Source of the DNA: a virus
DNA: 64,000 nt
Virus record (IMG/VR): IMGVR_UViG_3300021168_000001
Location: 1 to 64,000 of that record
Reading direction: 5' to 3' (one strand)
The position numbers and the translations under genes are program-made. This document shows, in pieces, positions 38,074 to 47,200 of this stretch; within the stretch, counting starts at the first letter, position 1, and the number at the start of each line of letters is the position of its first letter. The notes beneath the pieces are model-generated. The model worked only from the letters and a program-made list of their open reading frames with translations, had not been told where the DNA came from and made no database searches.

Positions 38074-38101
38074 ATCATATCGCGTAAGTTGTTGAATGCA
38101 A
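38074..38101 (-). promoter_or_regulatory. sigma70-like promoter, probably giving a leaderless HNH mRNA
   Basis: TTGCAT-N16-TATGAT-N7-GTG. Confidence 0.55.
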
Positions 38102-38109
38102 AAGAATTT

Positions 38110-39177
38110 TCAAATACCATCCGCGTATATCATCGTTTGGTTGCGCTTGAAGATCACCTGTGAGATGCAACCAACGAAGCCGGTCTGGTAGGCGCCGCCA
38201 GCCTGCATCGTCGGGACTGTGATGGATGTCTTCTTCGGCTGCGGAATCTTGAGGTAGAGCGACTTCTTCGAATTCTTGTAGAAGACCGCGCGATCAAGAC
38301 CGCCCGCGCCCGTTCCAGAAATCCACGGGTTGGGAAGGGAGTTGATTTTGAAGTTGATGCCGTTCTTGGCCGCCACACACTCACGCTCGATGTACGCGAT
38401 TGTCGAGAGCGCCACGGCCGATCCACCGATCGCCATCGGTTCGCTGAGAGTGGCGAACTGGCTATACGGAAGCAGGAGAGAATCCGGCATCGCCTCGGTG
38501 ATGTCATATCCGGAGTTCTGTACGACCTGGTTGAGCGCATTGTTGACGTCAAACAGGATCTCGGTCGGCGATTTCTTCACCCATGTGGTCGATCCGCCAG
38601 CGCCAGCTGGCACCACGAATTCAACGACGTTCGGGTTGTTGATGAGTCCCGGGTCGCCGAGGAATCCCTTATAGGTGACATAATCGAGAGCCTTCACCCA
38701 GTTGATGTCGACAGACTCCTCATACATCTCCTGAAGGGAGATAGGAGGAGGCATGCCGCTACGCTTTGCCGTCGCCAGTCGCTCGAGGTCGATGTAGGTG
38801 ATGGTCATGGCCATCGCCCACGGGTAGGTCTTCCAGAGCGACTTCTGGATATCAGCCTGCGCCTCGGGGATATCCGTGTTGTTGGTTCCCTGCAACCCAA
38901 AGAACTGGGTTCCAGTGGTACCGTAGTTGGTTGCGAAAGCTGCGAGATACTGCGGGAACCCTCCGCCTACATCCACGGAAATATCCCGAGCATGAGTCGT
39001 TGCCTGGAGAGGCCGGACAACGTCAGTATCGATGAGTTCCAATTGGCTTTGAAGGAACGCAAATCCAGATGCGCCGGCCGCGTCGAACGCCCTGCCACGC
39101 CCTCTTGGAGTTCCATCGAAGCCACGAGCGCGTCTAATCAATTCCCGATCGCGCTGACGAGAAGCGAATGTATTCAT
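38110..39177 (-). CDS. major capsid protein (DUF2184-like, HK97 fold)
   Basis: AFL..QLE.ID, DI....GGG, GL.NNP.V, W..K...EI..D.N, P..LLLP, Y.DGI. Confidence 0.92.
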   Translation of the reverse strand: MNTFASRQRDRELIRRARGFDGTPRGRGRAFDAAGASGFAFLQSQLELIDTDVVRPLQATTHARDISVDVGGGFPQYLAAFATNYGTTGTQFFGLQGTNNTDIPEAQADIQKSLWKTYPWAMAMTITYIDLERLATAKRSGMPPPISLQEMYEESVDINWVKALDYVTYKGFLGDPGLINNPNVVEFVVPAGAGGSTTWVKKSPTEILFDVNNALNQVVQNSGYDITEAMPDSLLLPYSQFATLSEPMAIGGSAVALSTIAYIERECVAAKNGINFKINSLPNPWISGTGAGGLDRAVFYKNSKKSLYLKIPQPKKTSITVPTMQAGGAYQTGFVGCISQVIFKRNQTMIYADGI

Positions 39178-39227
39178 GGTCTTCTTGTCTCCCTAATTGA
39201 ATTCGGGTTTCGAATTCGGGTCGTGGG

Positions 39228-40019
39228 TTAGGCTGCGTTGCGGATCTTGAGCGTAATTTCCACCTTGTTATTCGCATCGACAAAGCCGGTGCGGAACACG
39301 CAATTTGGAAGCGCCACTACGTTGGAGAAGACTACCGGAGTTGCTGACAGCGCGGCAGTGGTGGCAAGAGAAAGTGTGACCGCCGTGCCTGTAACCGCGG
39401 CGATCGATGTGCCTGGAGCGATTCCGGCGCCGGAGACCGACTGACCGGCCTTGAGGCCAGTTCCGGAAGCCACAGTGAGCGCGGTCGATCCGGAGCTGGC
39501 GGTTCCGGTGGTGGATATGGTGTCCGAAGAAGGCGGAGCCGCTTCGATGTCTCCGACCGTGCCGCCTGGAACGGCCGAGTTCAGCGCGAGGCGAGTATAA
39601 ACCTGCCCTTGCGATAGCGGCACGCCGGCTGCCAATGGCACCGTCATGCTGCCACGCTCGAGGATTTCACCCATCTCACCGGGCACATAGTAGCCGACCT
39701 GCTGGATGCCAGGAGTTACGCCAGCTGGGTAGGTCACCTGTGTCTTCACTTCGCGGACCGCGAAGCCGCCGAACTGAGCGGCCACCAAGCCAGCATTTGC
39801 GAAGGATGTTGCGATGAAATCCGCAATGGAGTCCATCGTGTCGCCGCCACCAGAACTGTTTGGGATGATCACGCAAGGTGCAGCAAAAGCCACGTTGCTC
39901 AATCCGGTGGGCAGCACTTGCCGGGCGGTAATAACGCGCTCGTCCAGCCTCGAAACGGAACCGTCAAAGCCGATATTCGGCCCGGTAACCGGAATTACCT
40001 GTCCAAAGGAAGTCCCCAT
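39228..40019 (-). CDS. capsid decoration/cement protein with inserted beta domain
   Basis: GF.G.VSR, G.AVREVK, Y..GE...L.RG, VY.R, D.N..VE; position between scaffold and MCP. Confidence 0.78.
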   Translation of the reverse strand: MGTSFGQVIPVTGPNIGFDGSVSRLDERVITARQVLPTGLSNVAFAAPCVIIPNSSGGGDTMDSIADFIATSFANAGLVAAQFGGFAVREVKTQVTYPAGVTPGIQQVGYYVPGEMGEILERGSMTVPLAAGVPLSQGQVYTRLALNSAVPGGTVGDIEAAPPSSDTISTTGTASSGSTALTVASGTGLKAGQSVSGAGIAPGTSIAAVTGTAVTLSLATTAALSATPVVFSNVVALPNCVFRTGFVDANNKVEITLKIRNAA

Positions 40020-40023
40020 GGCT

Positions 40024-41733
40024 TTACTTCACCTCCGCTGTGATCTTTTTACCGTGGCGATTGTTGTAAAACTCCTGGAGCTTCGTGATGTCGTCGCCGC
40101 CAGTCGCTCCACCACCGGCATCGGCTGCCCTCGCACGGCTCGCACCCGCGAAGCGCGCATATCCATTGCCGCTTGTTGAGAATGAATTCCCACTCACGCG
40201 GCGCATCTGCGCGTTGAACGCCTTGATGAGCGCCGAATCACCGCTACGCGCGATCAGCGGCTTGATGGCGCGCAATGCTTCTCGGGCCGCGGCGTCGGCT
40301 GCCCTCGCGAACTCTGCCGTATCCCGCGCGCGCTTCTTGCGTGGATCACCACCCTTGGTTCGCTTATAGCCTTCAGAGCCGCGAATCGGATGGAAGTTTC
40401 CACCTTCCGAATAGCCCTCGACGTCATCGGCGCGCTTGCGATCGCCAGCGTGGACGACTTCAGGCTCATCCTCTTCGTCGTACTCATCCTCATCGTCAGG
40501 ATCGGCGTCGTCGCCCTCTGCGCCCTCTTCGGGAATCAGGTCAGGATTGTCGGCATCGCCGCTTTCTCCGCCTCCCTCACCTTCGTGCATCGGCTCGTGC
40601 TGTTCTTCCTGAAGGTAGTTGTCCATCAATTTGCGGAGCTCGGCGATATCGGCATCTTCGGACCGGCGAGACTTGGCGTCCATCATCTTGTCAAGTGCCG
40701 AATGCAGCCTTTCACGCTCTTCGTCAGGTTCACCATCGCCAGCCTTACGATCATCTGCGCGGCGGTCATCGGAACGGCGACTATCGTCCGCTTTCCTGTC
40801 GTCGCTGCGGTGGCTATCGTCAGCGCGACGGTCATCGCTCTTTCGATCAGCGGCCTGCACAATTTTCGGCTCGGGTGGAATGTCCATCTGCGCTCCCTCA
40901 TCGTTGGCTCGCGCGGTTCCGGTTCTGGTGACTTTGCTCAGCTCCAGAGCGGCATCGGCCAACGATTCAGGATCCACACTCTCATCTTTGGCCGCATGCT
41001 GCAGCCCGTGGCCAAAGATACTCTTAAGCGTGAGTTTCATCAGCTTTTTCTCCTGTGGTGGATCGTTCTTTGTTGACGTTGAGGTTGAGTTACTGGCTGG
41101 GGTTTGTGGCTCAGGCTCAACCGCAGCCTGTTCCTCAACCGTGGCCACTTCTGGAGCGGCATCCATAATGCGTGCTTCGGGGCCCGCCCTACCCTTTGTA
41201 ACCACGGCCACATGATTGCCGACCATGGAGACTTGGAGAACGACATCGCCATCGCGATCAATGCTGTAGTCGTAGCCGCACGATACTTCGCGTTTGCGAT
41301 TCTTGAGAATCTCGGATATCAGGGGCTCCGCGGTAACAACCAGATCTCCGATGAGCGGCCACTCGCCATCATCCAAAACGTCTTTACCTTTGCGAACGTT
41401 TTGCACATGGCCACGCGCCAGATCATTGAAGTTTTCTGGCGTCACGAATTCCATGTTTGGCGGGTGATTGTCGGTGACAGTGGCGGCTTCGAAGCTATGG
41501 ATTGTGTCCGGATGAAATACCTCCTCCGGCGACCGATATAGACGCACCATCGCATTAGGATTTGAAGTGTCTATGCCGAGATCGTTGGCTCGCTCCTCGG
41601 GAAGCTCCGATACTTTGTAATCCTGAAATCCAGTTCTAGCTATTGTTACATCGTGGCAGACAATAGATCCGTTAGGCATCTGCGTGATGTTGTCGCTGAG
41701 CCGGCTTCCGAAGTACCCGATTCCTGTTTTCAT
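40024..41733 (-). CDS. capsid maturation protease-scaffold fusion (DUF2213-like)
   Basis: IARTG.Q.Y, R.PEEVF....SFE...VT..HP, GH..NVR, REVSCGY, NHVA.V..GRAG; acidic scaffold tail. Confidence 0.9.
   Translation of the reverse strand: MKTGIGYFGSRLSDNITQMPNGSIVCHDVTIARTGFQDYKVSELPEERANDLGIDTSNPNAMVRLYRSPEEVFHPDTIHSFEAATVTDNHPPNMEFVTPENFNDLARGHVQNVRKGKDVLDDGEWPLIGDLVVTAEPLISEILKNRKREVSCGYDYSIDRDGDVVLQVSMVGNHVAVVTKGRAGPEARIMDAAPEVATVEEQAAVEPEPQTPASNSTSTSTKNDPPQEKKLMKLTLKSIFGHGLQHAAKDESVDPESLADAALELSKVTRTGTARANDEGAQMDIPPEPKIVQAADRKSDDRRADDSHRSDDRKADDSRRSDDRRADDRKAGDGEPDEERERLHSALDKMMDAKSRRSEDADIAELRKLMDNYLQEEQHEPMHEGEGGGESGDADNPDLIPEEGAEGDDADPDDEDEYDEEDEPEVVHAGDRKRADDVEGYSEGGNFHPIRGSEGYKRTKGGDPRKKRARDTAEFARAADAAAREALRAIKPLIARSGDSALIKAFNAQMRRVSGNSFSTSGNGYARFAGASRARAADAGGGATGGDDITKLQEFYNNRHGKKITAEVK
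40735..40856 (-). repeat. degenerate tandem peptide repeat (R/K-x-[AS]-D-D) in the scaffold
   Basis: AADRKSDDRRADDSHRSDDRKADDSRRSDDRRADDRKAGD. Confidence 0.75.
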
Positions 41734-42528
41734 TTACCGAGTATCTCTTTCCCGTGGATCACGTTTCACGCCCATCTTGACTGCGCACGTTTCGCAGACT
41801 CGGCCCTGAGGGGTCGATATCATCCGCGAGGTTTCCTTTCCGCATCGTGCGCATTCGCTTTTCGCGTCGCCAGCCTTGCGCCCACGCACCGCATCGATAC
41901 AGCGATCGAGCGTGGCATGCAGGCGAGCGCGGATCGCGGCACGTCCGGTCTTTGATTGCGCTGGGTCGTACATCTCGGCTGGCGCGTCCTTGCTACGCAC
42001 GTCATCGTATGGCTGTAGCGGACGCGAGCGATGCTCAGAATGCTCGAAACCGCCTTCGCCTTCGAAGTCGTCCTTCATTCGCCGTTTGCGGTCCATCACC
42101 CGATCGAGCGCAGAGTGCATCCGTGCGCGGTGGTCCATGCAGTCGTTCGCCCTCACCATCTCATAGCTCCCTTCACCGCTCGGACTGCCGCGCGTGATCA
42201 CATCGTCTTCTTCGAATTCGGGGAGATTCTCTTCTACTTCAAATCGATCCGCACCATCGCCATCGATCGAGAATCCGCAGGTTGTCGAATGCCCCACTCC
42301 AGCACACCACTGCACCAAAGCGAGGAACCTTTCGAAGCGCTCGAGCACCTCGGCTGGCGCCGTGATTGTATAGGTCCGCGTTTCACCGGGATCCGCATCG
42401 GCGGTCATGCCTCTCGCATTCGCGGTCGCATAAAATACGGATTTCGCCTTTTTGGGGTCGGAGTAGGTTTTGCGCATTGCTCGCATCACCTTGTTGCCCT
42501 CGCCTTTGAAGTACGCTCCTATTGGCAT
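41734..42528 (-). CDS. modular hypothetical protein, candidate internal head cargo
   Basis: Start MPIGAYF; two copies of R.R[ML]H..LDR..D; A-x-D motifs; C-terminal CARC..CETC. Confidence 0.7.
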   Translation of the reverse strand: MPIGAYFKGEGNKVMRAMRKTYSDPKKAKSVFYATANARGMTADADPGETRTYTITAPAEVLERFERFLALVQWCAGVGHSTTCGFSIDGDGADRFEVEENLPEFEEDDVITRGSPSGEGSYEMVRANDCMDHRARMHSALDRVMDRKRRMKDDFEGEGGFEHSEHRSRPLQPYDDVRSKDAPAEMYDPAQSKTGRAAIRARLHATLDRCIDAVRGRKAGDAKSECARCGKETSRMISTPQGRVCETCAVKMGVKRDPRERDTR

Positions 42529-42533
42529 CGCAA

Positions 42534-42836
42534 TTAGTTCCCTGTGCAAATATTCAGGATTGCCTTCTTGCCGATTGAAATGGCCGCAATGTAAGTAGCG
42601 GCCCCAAGCACCAGGTATTGCGTGTCGCCGGCATTCACCATGAGGCTCGTGTTATTTACCGCAACCACAGTGACATCGCCCAACTGGACGGCGGCCGGGT
42701 CCGGACCAATATTCACCACGCGCACGACGGTATCGCCGCCGAGCGTTCCAGGCAATGCGACTCTGGATGATGTGGAACCGGCGCCCATCCCGATACAGGC
42801 GTCTGGGGCGAATGCAGATTGCGGCGTGGCTGGCAT
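42534..42836 (-). CDS. small beta-rich protein (possible virion decoration)
   Basis: VRVVN.G......LG; 100 aa in the head module. Confidence 0.6.
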   Translation of the reverse strand: MPATPQSAFAPDACIGMGAGSTSSRVALPGTLGGDTVVRVVNIGPDPAAVQLGDVTVVAVNNTSLMVNAGDTQYLVLGAATYIAAISIGKKAILNICTGN

Positions 42837-43271
42837 CTACTCAAGTCCTTTCCGGAAGTTCACGATCCACGGTGCACCTAGCAGCTCCATGTGCGCCTTC
42901 ATTGATACTTCGTTGTGTCCATGCACAGCTGCCGAAATGTGCTTCAGGCCGCGTGCCCGACATTCCTGTTCAAGCCGCTCGATCAATTTCCCATATAGAC
43001 CGCGGCGCCGGTGGCGGAGGTCGGTCCATGCAAGGCCGATGAATGCACCATCACACCACTCCTGCCAAATGATCATCGATATCGGCTCACCATCCTCATT
43101 GCGCATGAGGATCAGCGAATTGTCTTTTACGGGAAGATAGGAACCTCCGACATTTCCCATTTCGATCTTCAGGTCATGCGCTATGCCGTGGGCGATGCTG
43201 ACACAGAATTCGAGGATGTTGGTATCCTCGATCGTTCCCATTACTTCGATCGTTTCGGTCACCGCGCGCAT
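42837..43271 (-). CDS. GNAT-family acetyltransferase
   Basis: HRRRGLYGKL acetyl-CoA motif, V...N..S. Confidence 0.75.
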   Translation of the reverse strand: MRAVTETIEVMGTIEDTNILEFCVSIAHGIAHDLKIEMGNVGGSYLPVKDNSLILMRNEDGEPISMIIWQEWCDGAFIGLAWTDLRHRRRGLYGKLIERLEQECRARGLKHISAAVHGHNEVSMKAHMELLGAPWIVNFRKGLE

Positions 43272-43630
43272 AGGATTCCGAAGCAATCGACGCGCACCAG
43301 GCCGCGTCCGGTTCCATCCTGCGGGTGCGGATCCCAGGCCATCTGTCCGTTCAATCCGACTACCGCATGCAAGTGCCCGCGTGGGCTCTTGCCCTCGATC
43401 GTGTGATACACGGGCCCATTCTTGAATGCCTGTTTCAACCCAGGCGAATCGATGTCAACCTGAATGTAATAGAGGTTGAATTGCTTTAAAAAATCCTGAG
43501 TTTGACTTAGAAACAAATCGTCGGTAGCGAATTCAGGGACATCGGCTTCTTTTATTTCGAGGATCGATGCCAGACATGCCTGAAAACAGCGGCCATTTTT
43601 CCCGGTGCGGCTTTGCGTCTGTGGGATCAC
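43259..43630 (-). CDS. small papain/C39-like protein
   Basis: Q......G.CF.ACLASIL, G.SPRG..HAVV......WDP (Cys-His-Asp). Confidence 0.55.
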   Translation of the reverse strand: MIPQTQSRTGKNGRCFQACLASILEIKEADVPEFATDDLFLSQTQDFLKQFNLYYIQVDIDSPGLKQAFKNGPVYHTIEGKSPRGHLHAVVGLNGQMAWDPHPQDGTGRGLVRVDCFGILCAR

Positions 43631-46600
43631 GCTTTCACCGCTCCGGCTGGTCTGTTGAGGTTTGCCGTCGCGAGCCAGTACTTGAAGTCATCGATTTGCA
43701 TCGGCGAGATGTCCATCATCACTTCATCGGCACGGTGATGAGCTTTAGGATAGGCTCGTTTCACCTCGCCAAGCGTATCGAATCCCAGGAACACCTTGTG
43801 CTCATCGAATCCCTTAGAAGTATGCAGATGGCGCTGGTCAACGATATAAACCCAATCGCTCTCAGGGTCCGGCCCGATGTAACAATCGAGCGAATCACCA
43901 TCGGCTCCGGTGAACCCTTCGATATATCCATAGTGTGCCGGCATCCGGACCGACCATCCTTTGCCCGATCGAATATGGCCCTTGGGTGTCTCGACCACAC
44001 ACGTAAGACCATGAATGTTGAACTCCATCACGCCCGGGTCATCGGCGTCGGCGGCGCGCCCTGGCTCGTCCATTTCAAGCGGATCGAAGCCAAGCATGTC
44101 GATCACCGACCGCGGCGTGCGCTCGAGCTCTGCATCATCATCGACGTCGTCGAAGTCGCCTTCGTATTGGCGCCAGTCGTCATCGGTCCGCTGCGCCGAT
44201 CCATAGTGCACTTCGGGCAATTCCACACCAAATGCCTTATCGAAGGCCTCTTTGAAGAAATTGAGTTTGGTATCTCCGGCCCTCGCCGGCTCGGCGCTGC
44301 CCTCGCTCGCAGATTTCCATCCCGAGAAGATCTGCGGAGGAATATAGGACTGCAACGCGACGATTGGTGTGTTGCCGAGTTTCTCGGAAACAGCCTTCGC
44401 AACCTCCATTACCGCTTTCTTGTACTCCTTCGGATTGGTCGGGGCTTTCACTTTCTCGACAAGGCCGTTCGCGGTCTCGGCCGCCAGCGCGGTGCGAAAG
44501 TCCTTTGTCTTGAAGCCGCCGTGATCGAGGTTGTCCTTCGTGAAGTCGCGCAGGCTCGCATCGCTCACGGACGGAAAGAGATTGCCTTTCTCACCGGCCT
44601 TGGCACGCAGCTCTTTCAGCATCGATCCAAGCTGTGCGTCCTCGACCGGCAACGATATAGTCACGCCCTTCTTCCCAACGAAGCGCAGTCGCACGCTGTT
44701 GCCAAGCTGCCATACATGATGCCCCTGCAAGGTCGACGCACCATAGGCCTTTACCGCGCCTCCCGTGTCCGAATCGCTGCCGGGCCGGATCCCAGTCTTG
44801 CGCACCAGGTACATGCAGTCGGCATGATCCCGTACCTTGGCGTCCTTACTCTTGCGGAAGCCGTCCAGCTGCTTGTCGATCAGGCTCATGTTCTTTTGCA
44901 GTGCCTGGACGCGCTGGAACTTCAGGTCCGCCTGGCTGTTCTTGAACGTAGGCGAGTAGACATATTGCTTGCGACCTTTCGAATCGAGACCGGTTGCCAA
45001 CAGGTCGGCCTTTGGCATCGGCGAGATTCGAACATCCTTCCACGCTGGCGGGATCTTCAGCGACTTGGCATGCTCCGGCCAGTCCTCGCGACTGGAGTAG
45101 GACTGAAGGTGCGCGGTCTTTGTCGATTCCTCGCCCCCCGAACCGCCAGTGCTTTCTTTATCGGGATCGCTGGACCCTTCGCCACCACCGGGCTCCTCAC
45201 GCGGTCCCATGCCCTTCCGCCGACGCTCCCAGGCCTTCTTTGAAGCTTTTGAATCATCGGTCGCCCTAGCCACCGCAGATAGCGCTCGCTTCTCGGCGCG
45301 CTGCGGCCCGAACAGCTTCTGCATCGTCGCAAGGCGCTTGTCGTCCTGCTCCCCTTCAGGATCGCCGCCCGGCTCTTTGCCGCTCTCGCCCTTGCTCCCT
45401 TGTCCCTCTTCTTCTCCACCCTCGCCTGTAAGCGATTCAAGACCACCCTCGCCGCCGCCCTGCTCGCCCATGCTCATGACGTCATCGGACAGAGCCGCGA
45501 TCCGCTCATCGGTAAGATTCGTTCCGAAGCCAGTTGCGTCGGAGGCCTGCTTCACCTCTTCGGCGCCAGCCCGCGGCGACATGATGCCGAGGTTGATGGC
45601 GACCGCCACCGTATCAAGAGTGGCCTTGGCAAGCTCCGACTTTTCCTTTTCATCCAATACGCGGACGGATGGGAAGTTGAGGTCCAGATCGTCGGGGATC
45701 TCACCGAGCTCCGACATGCAAAGCACCGGGTACAGTTTCTCGAGCTGTGGCCGCAGTTCAACGTCCTGGTCGGTGGCGATCTTCTCCTCGTAGATTCGCT
45801 CATCGGCATCGTTCGATTGCCCAAGTCCGCTGATCGTGCGCCCCCAAAGACGCGTGACCGGGATTTGTGTCGCACCTGAGATGTCCAACTGAAACTGCTG
45901 ATAAACATCGCTGAGGCCGGTGAAGGTATAGTTCACGGCCTCGATCCCGCCATCGGCCGGAAGCGGCACCAGGCTCTGGTTTGACAGCAAGTGGTTCAGG
46001 GTTGTCATGCGCTGCTGAAACTGTATCGCGGCTTGCTGGTTCATGCCGACGCCAGAAAGAACCTTTGCCAGTTCCGGAAACTTCATACCAAGAATGCAGG
46101 CGCGGAACGTGAGCGATAGTATGTTCCAACTCATGTTGTCGCGCTTGCGAATCTCTTCATAGGCCGGCTCGATCACCGATATGCCCCAGTAAGTCTGCGC
46201 CTCATACTCCGGCGTCGGCACCTCTGGCCCGCTGAAGCGCAGTATTCGCGACGAGTGCACTAGAAAACTCTCGGCATCCGGCGCAGTGACCCGGTACATC
46301 TCCGGCTTGTTGAAGTCGGTCGGCCGATTGATGTCCGTGCAGATATCGCCGTGCGGCTGAATGCCTGTCCAGCGATCGAACGGGATCAGGCCTTTGTAAT
46401 CGCCGACGCCGATCGTGTCAGGATCCAGCGGCTCCTCGAGATTATCCTCTTGACCATCGATCACCATGAGTGCGCCGCCGCCCCCGAAAAGCCTCGCCCA
46501 CTTCAGCGCACGGAGAAGCGTCGATTTGGTCTGCGTGCGGCGAATCTTGCGATCGATCTTTGTCAGATCTTCGGGAGGGATATCGCTCGTCAGCTTCGGC

Positions 46601-46893
46601 CAGGCCCTCACCATATCCTGCGCTGGCGTATCAACGATGCGCCGAGAAATCCAGTGGTTCCGATAGAGAGTTATCAGGAGCCAGTAGTTGAAGCTCAGCC
46701 TATCGAGTTCATACGTCGCTGCCTCGGCAAGATTTGGTGTGCCGTATCCCATGCGAGCCGGCACATTTGAAAAATAGTCGAATGCCTGCGCATCGAATCC
46801 TTGTCCGAAACCCATCCTCTGGAGCTGCGCCTGCCGCTCCATATCCGGATTGGTCCCAGCCCTGATCCTACGGCGCTGCTGCAATTCAGGCAT
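43627..46893 (-). CDS. portal protein (DUF1073-like) fused to type IB topoisomerase and InPase-like domains
   Basis: Portal: LYR..W..RRIVD.PA.DM, WARL.GG, H.SR, WG.S, IP.TRL.G...G. TopIB: IPPAW, GRKQY.Y, GIRPG, FVGKKG, KDFRT, LGNT....SYI. InPase: ETPKG..R, YGYI....GADGD..D, FDEHKV.LGF. Confidence 0.9.
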   Translation of the reverse strand: MPELQQRRRIRAGTNPDMERQAQLQRMGFGQGFDAQAFDYFSNVPARMGYGTPNLAEAATYELDRLSFNYWLLITLYRNHWISRRIVDTPAQDMVRAWPKLTSDIPPEDLTKIDRKIRRTQTKSTLLRALKWARLFGGGGALMVIDGQEDNLEEPLDPDTIGVGDYKGLIPFDRWTGIQPHGDICTDINRPTDFNKPEMYRVTAPDAESFLVHSSRILRFSGPEVPTPEYEAQTYWGISVIEPAYEEIRKRDNMSWNILSLTFRACILGMKFPELAKVLSGVGMNQQAAIQFQQRMTTLNHLLSNQSLVPLPADGGIEAVNYTFTGLSDVYQQFQLDISGATQIPVTRLWGRTISGLGQSNDADERIYEEKIATDQDVELRPQLEKLYPVLCMSELGEIPDDLDLNFPSVRVLDEKEKSELAKATLDTVAVAINLGIMSPRAGAEEVKQASDATGFGTNLTDERIAALSDDVMSMGEQGGGEGGLESLTGEGGEEEGQGSKGESGKEPGGDPEGEQDDKRLATMQKLFGPQRAEKRALSAVARATDDSKASKKAWERRRKGMGPREEPGGGEGSSDPDKESTGGSGGEESTKTAHLQSYSSREDWPEHAKSLKIPPAWKDVRISPMPKADLLATGLDSKGRKQYVYSPTFKNSQADLKFQRVQALQKNMSLIDKQLDGFRKSKDAKVRDHADCMYLVRKTGIRPGSDSDTGGAVKAYGASTLQGHHVWQLGNSVRLRFVGKKGVTISLPVEDAQLGSMLKELRAKAGEKGNLFPSVSDASLRDFTKDNLDHGGFKTKDFRTALAAETANGLVEKVKAPTNPKEYKKAVMEVAKAVSEKLGNTPIVALQSYIPPQIFSGWKSASEGSAEPARAGDTKLNFFKEAFDKAFGVELPEVHYGSAQRTDDDWRQYEGDFDDVDDDAELERTPRSVIDMLGFDPLEMDEPGRAADADDPGVMEFNIHGLTCVVETPKGHIRSGKGWSVRMPAHYGYIEGFTGADGDSLDCYIGPDPESDWVYIVDQRHLHTSKGFDEHKVFLGFDTLGEVKRAYPKAHHRADEVMMDISPMQIDDFKYWLATANLNRPAGAVKA

Positions 46894-46909
46894 TTATGCT
46901 CGACTCCGT

Positions 46910-47152
46910 TCATTCAGGCTTGTCCAGCCAGATCACTTTGCTTTCGTCGTAAGGCAGCGCTTGAATTCGTTTTCCATTTCGAATGAAAGCCCAGAGTACA
47001 CGGCTGTCTGGATTCACAATGGCCAAAAGAACTGCGAGATCGATCTCGAATCCGTTGACTTTCATCACACATCGATCCTGATCGACGAGGACCTTCGTGA
47101 GTTTTCGCACGGCGATCACCGCCTTTGTATTTACCCCAAAAAGAAGGGCGCG
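46910..47152 (-). CDS. hypothetical protein
   Basis: MRALLFG...WLD; fits the gap. Confidence 0.55.
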   Translation of the reverse strand, partial: RALLFGVNTKAVIAVRKLTKVLVDQDRCVMKVNGFEIDLAVLLAIVNPDSRVLWAFIRNGKRIQALPYDESKVIWLDKPE

Positions 47153-47200
47153 CATTGGGTACGCGCCCTGGCCTAAGTGATGCAACTCCTCTTTGGGAGC

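Noticed and set aside
40735-40856. Repeats resembling a CRISPR array or DGR repeat
   Set aside because: They are degenerate in-frame peptide repeats with no spacers; no cas or reverse transcriptase gene is present
43567-45243. 558-aa + strand ORF (and other long antisense ORFs such as 13996-14793 and 33544-34473)
   Set aside because: They are shadows of well-supported - strand genes in GC-rich DNA and show no motifs
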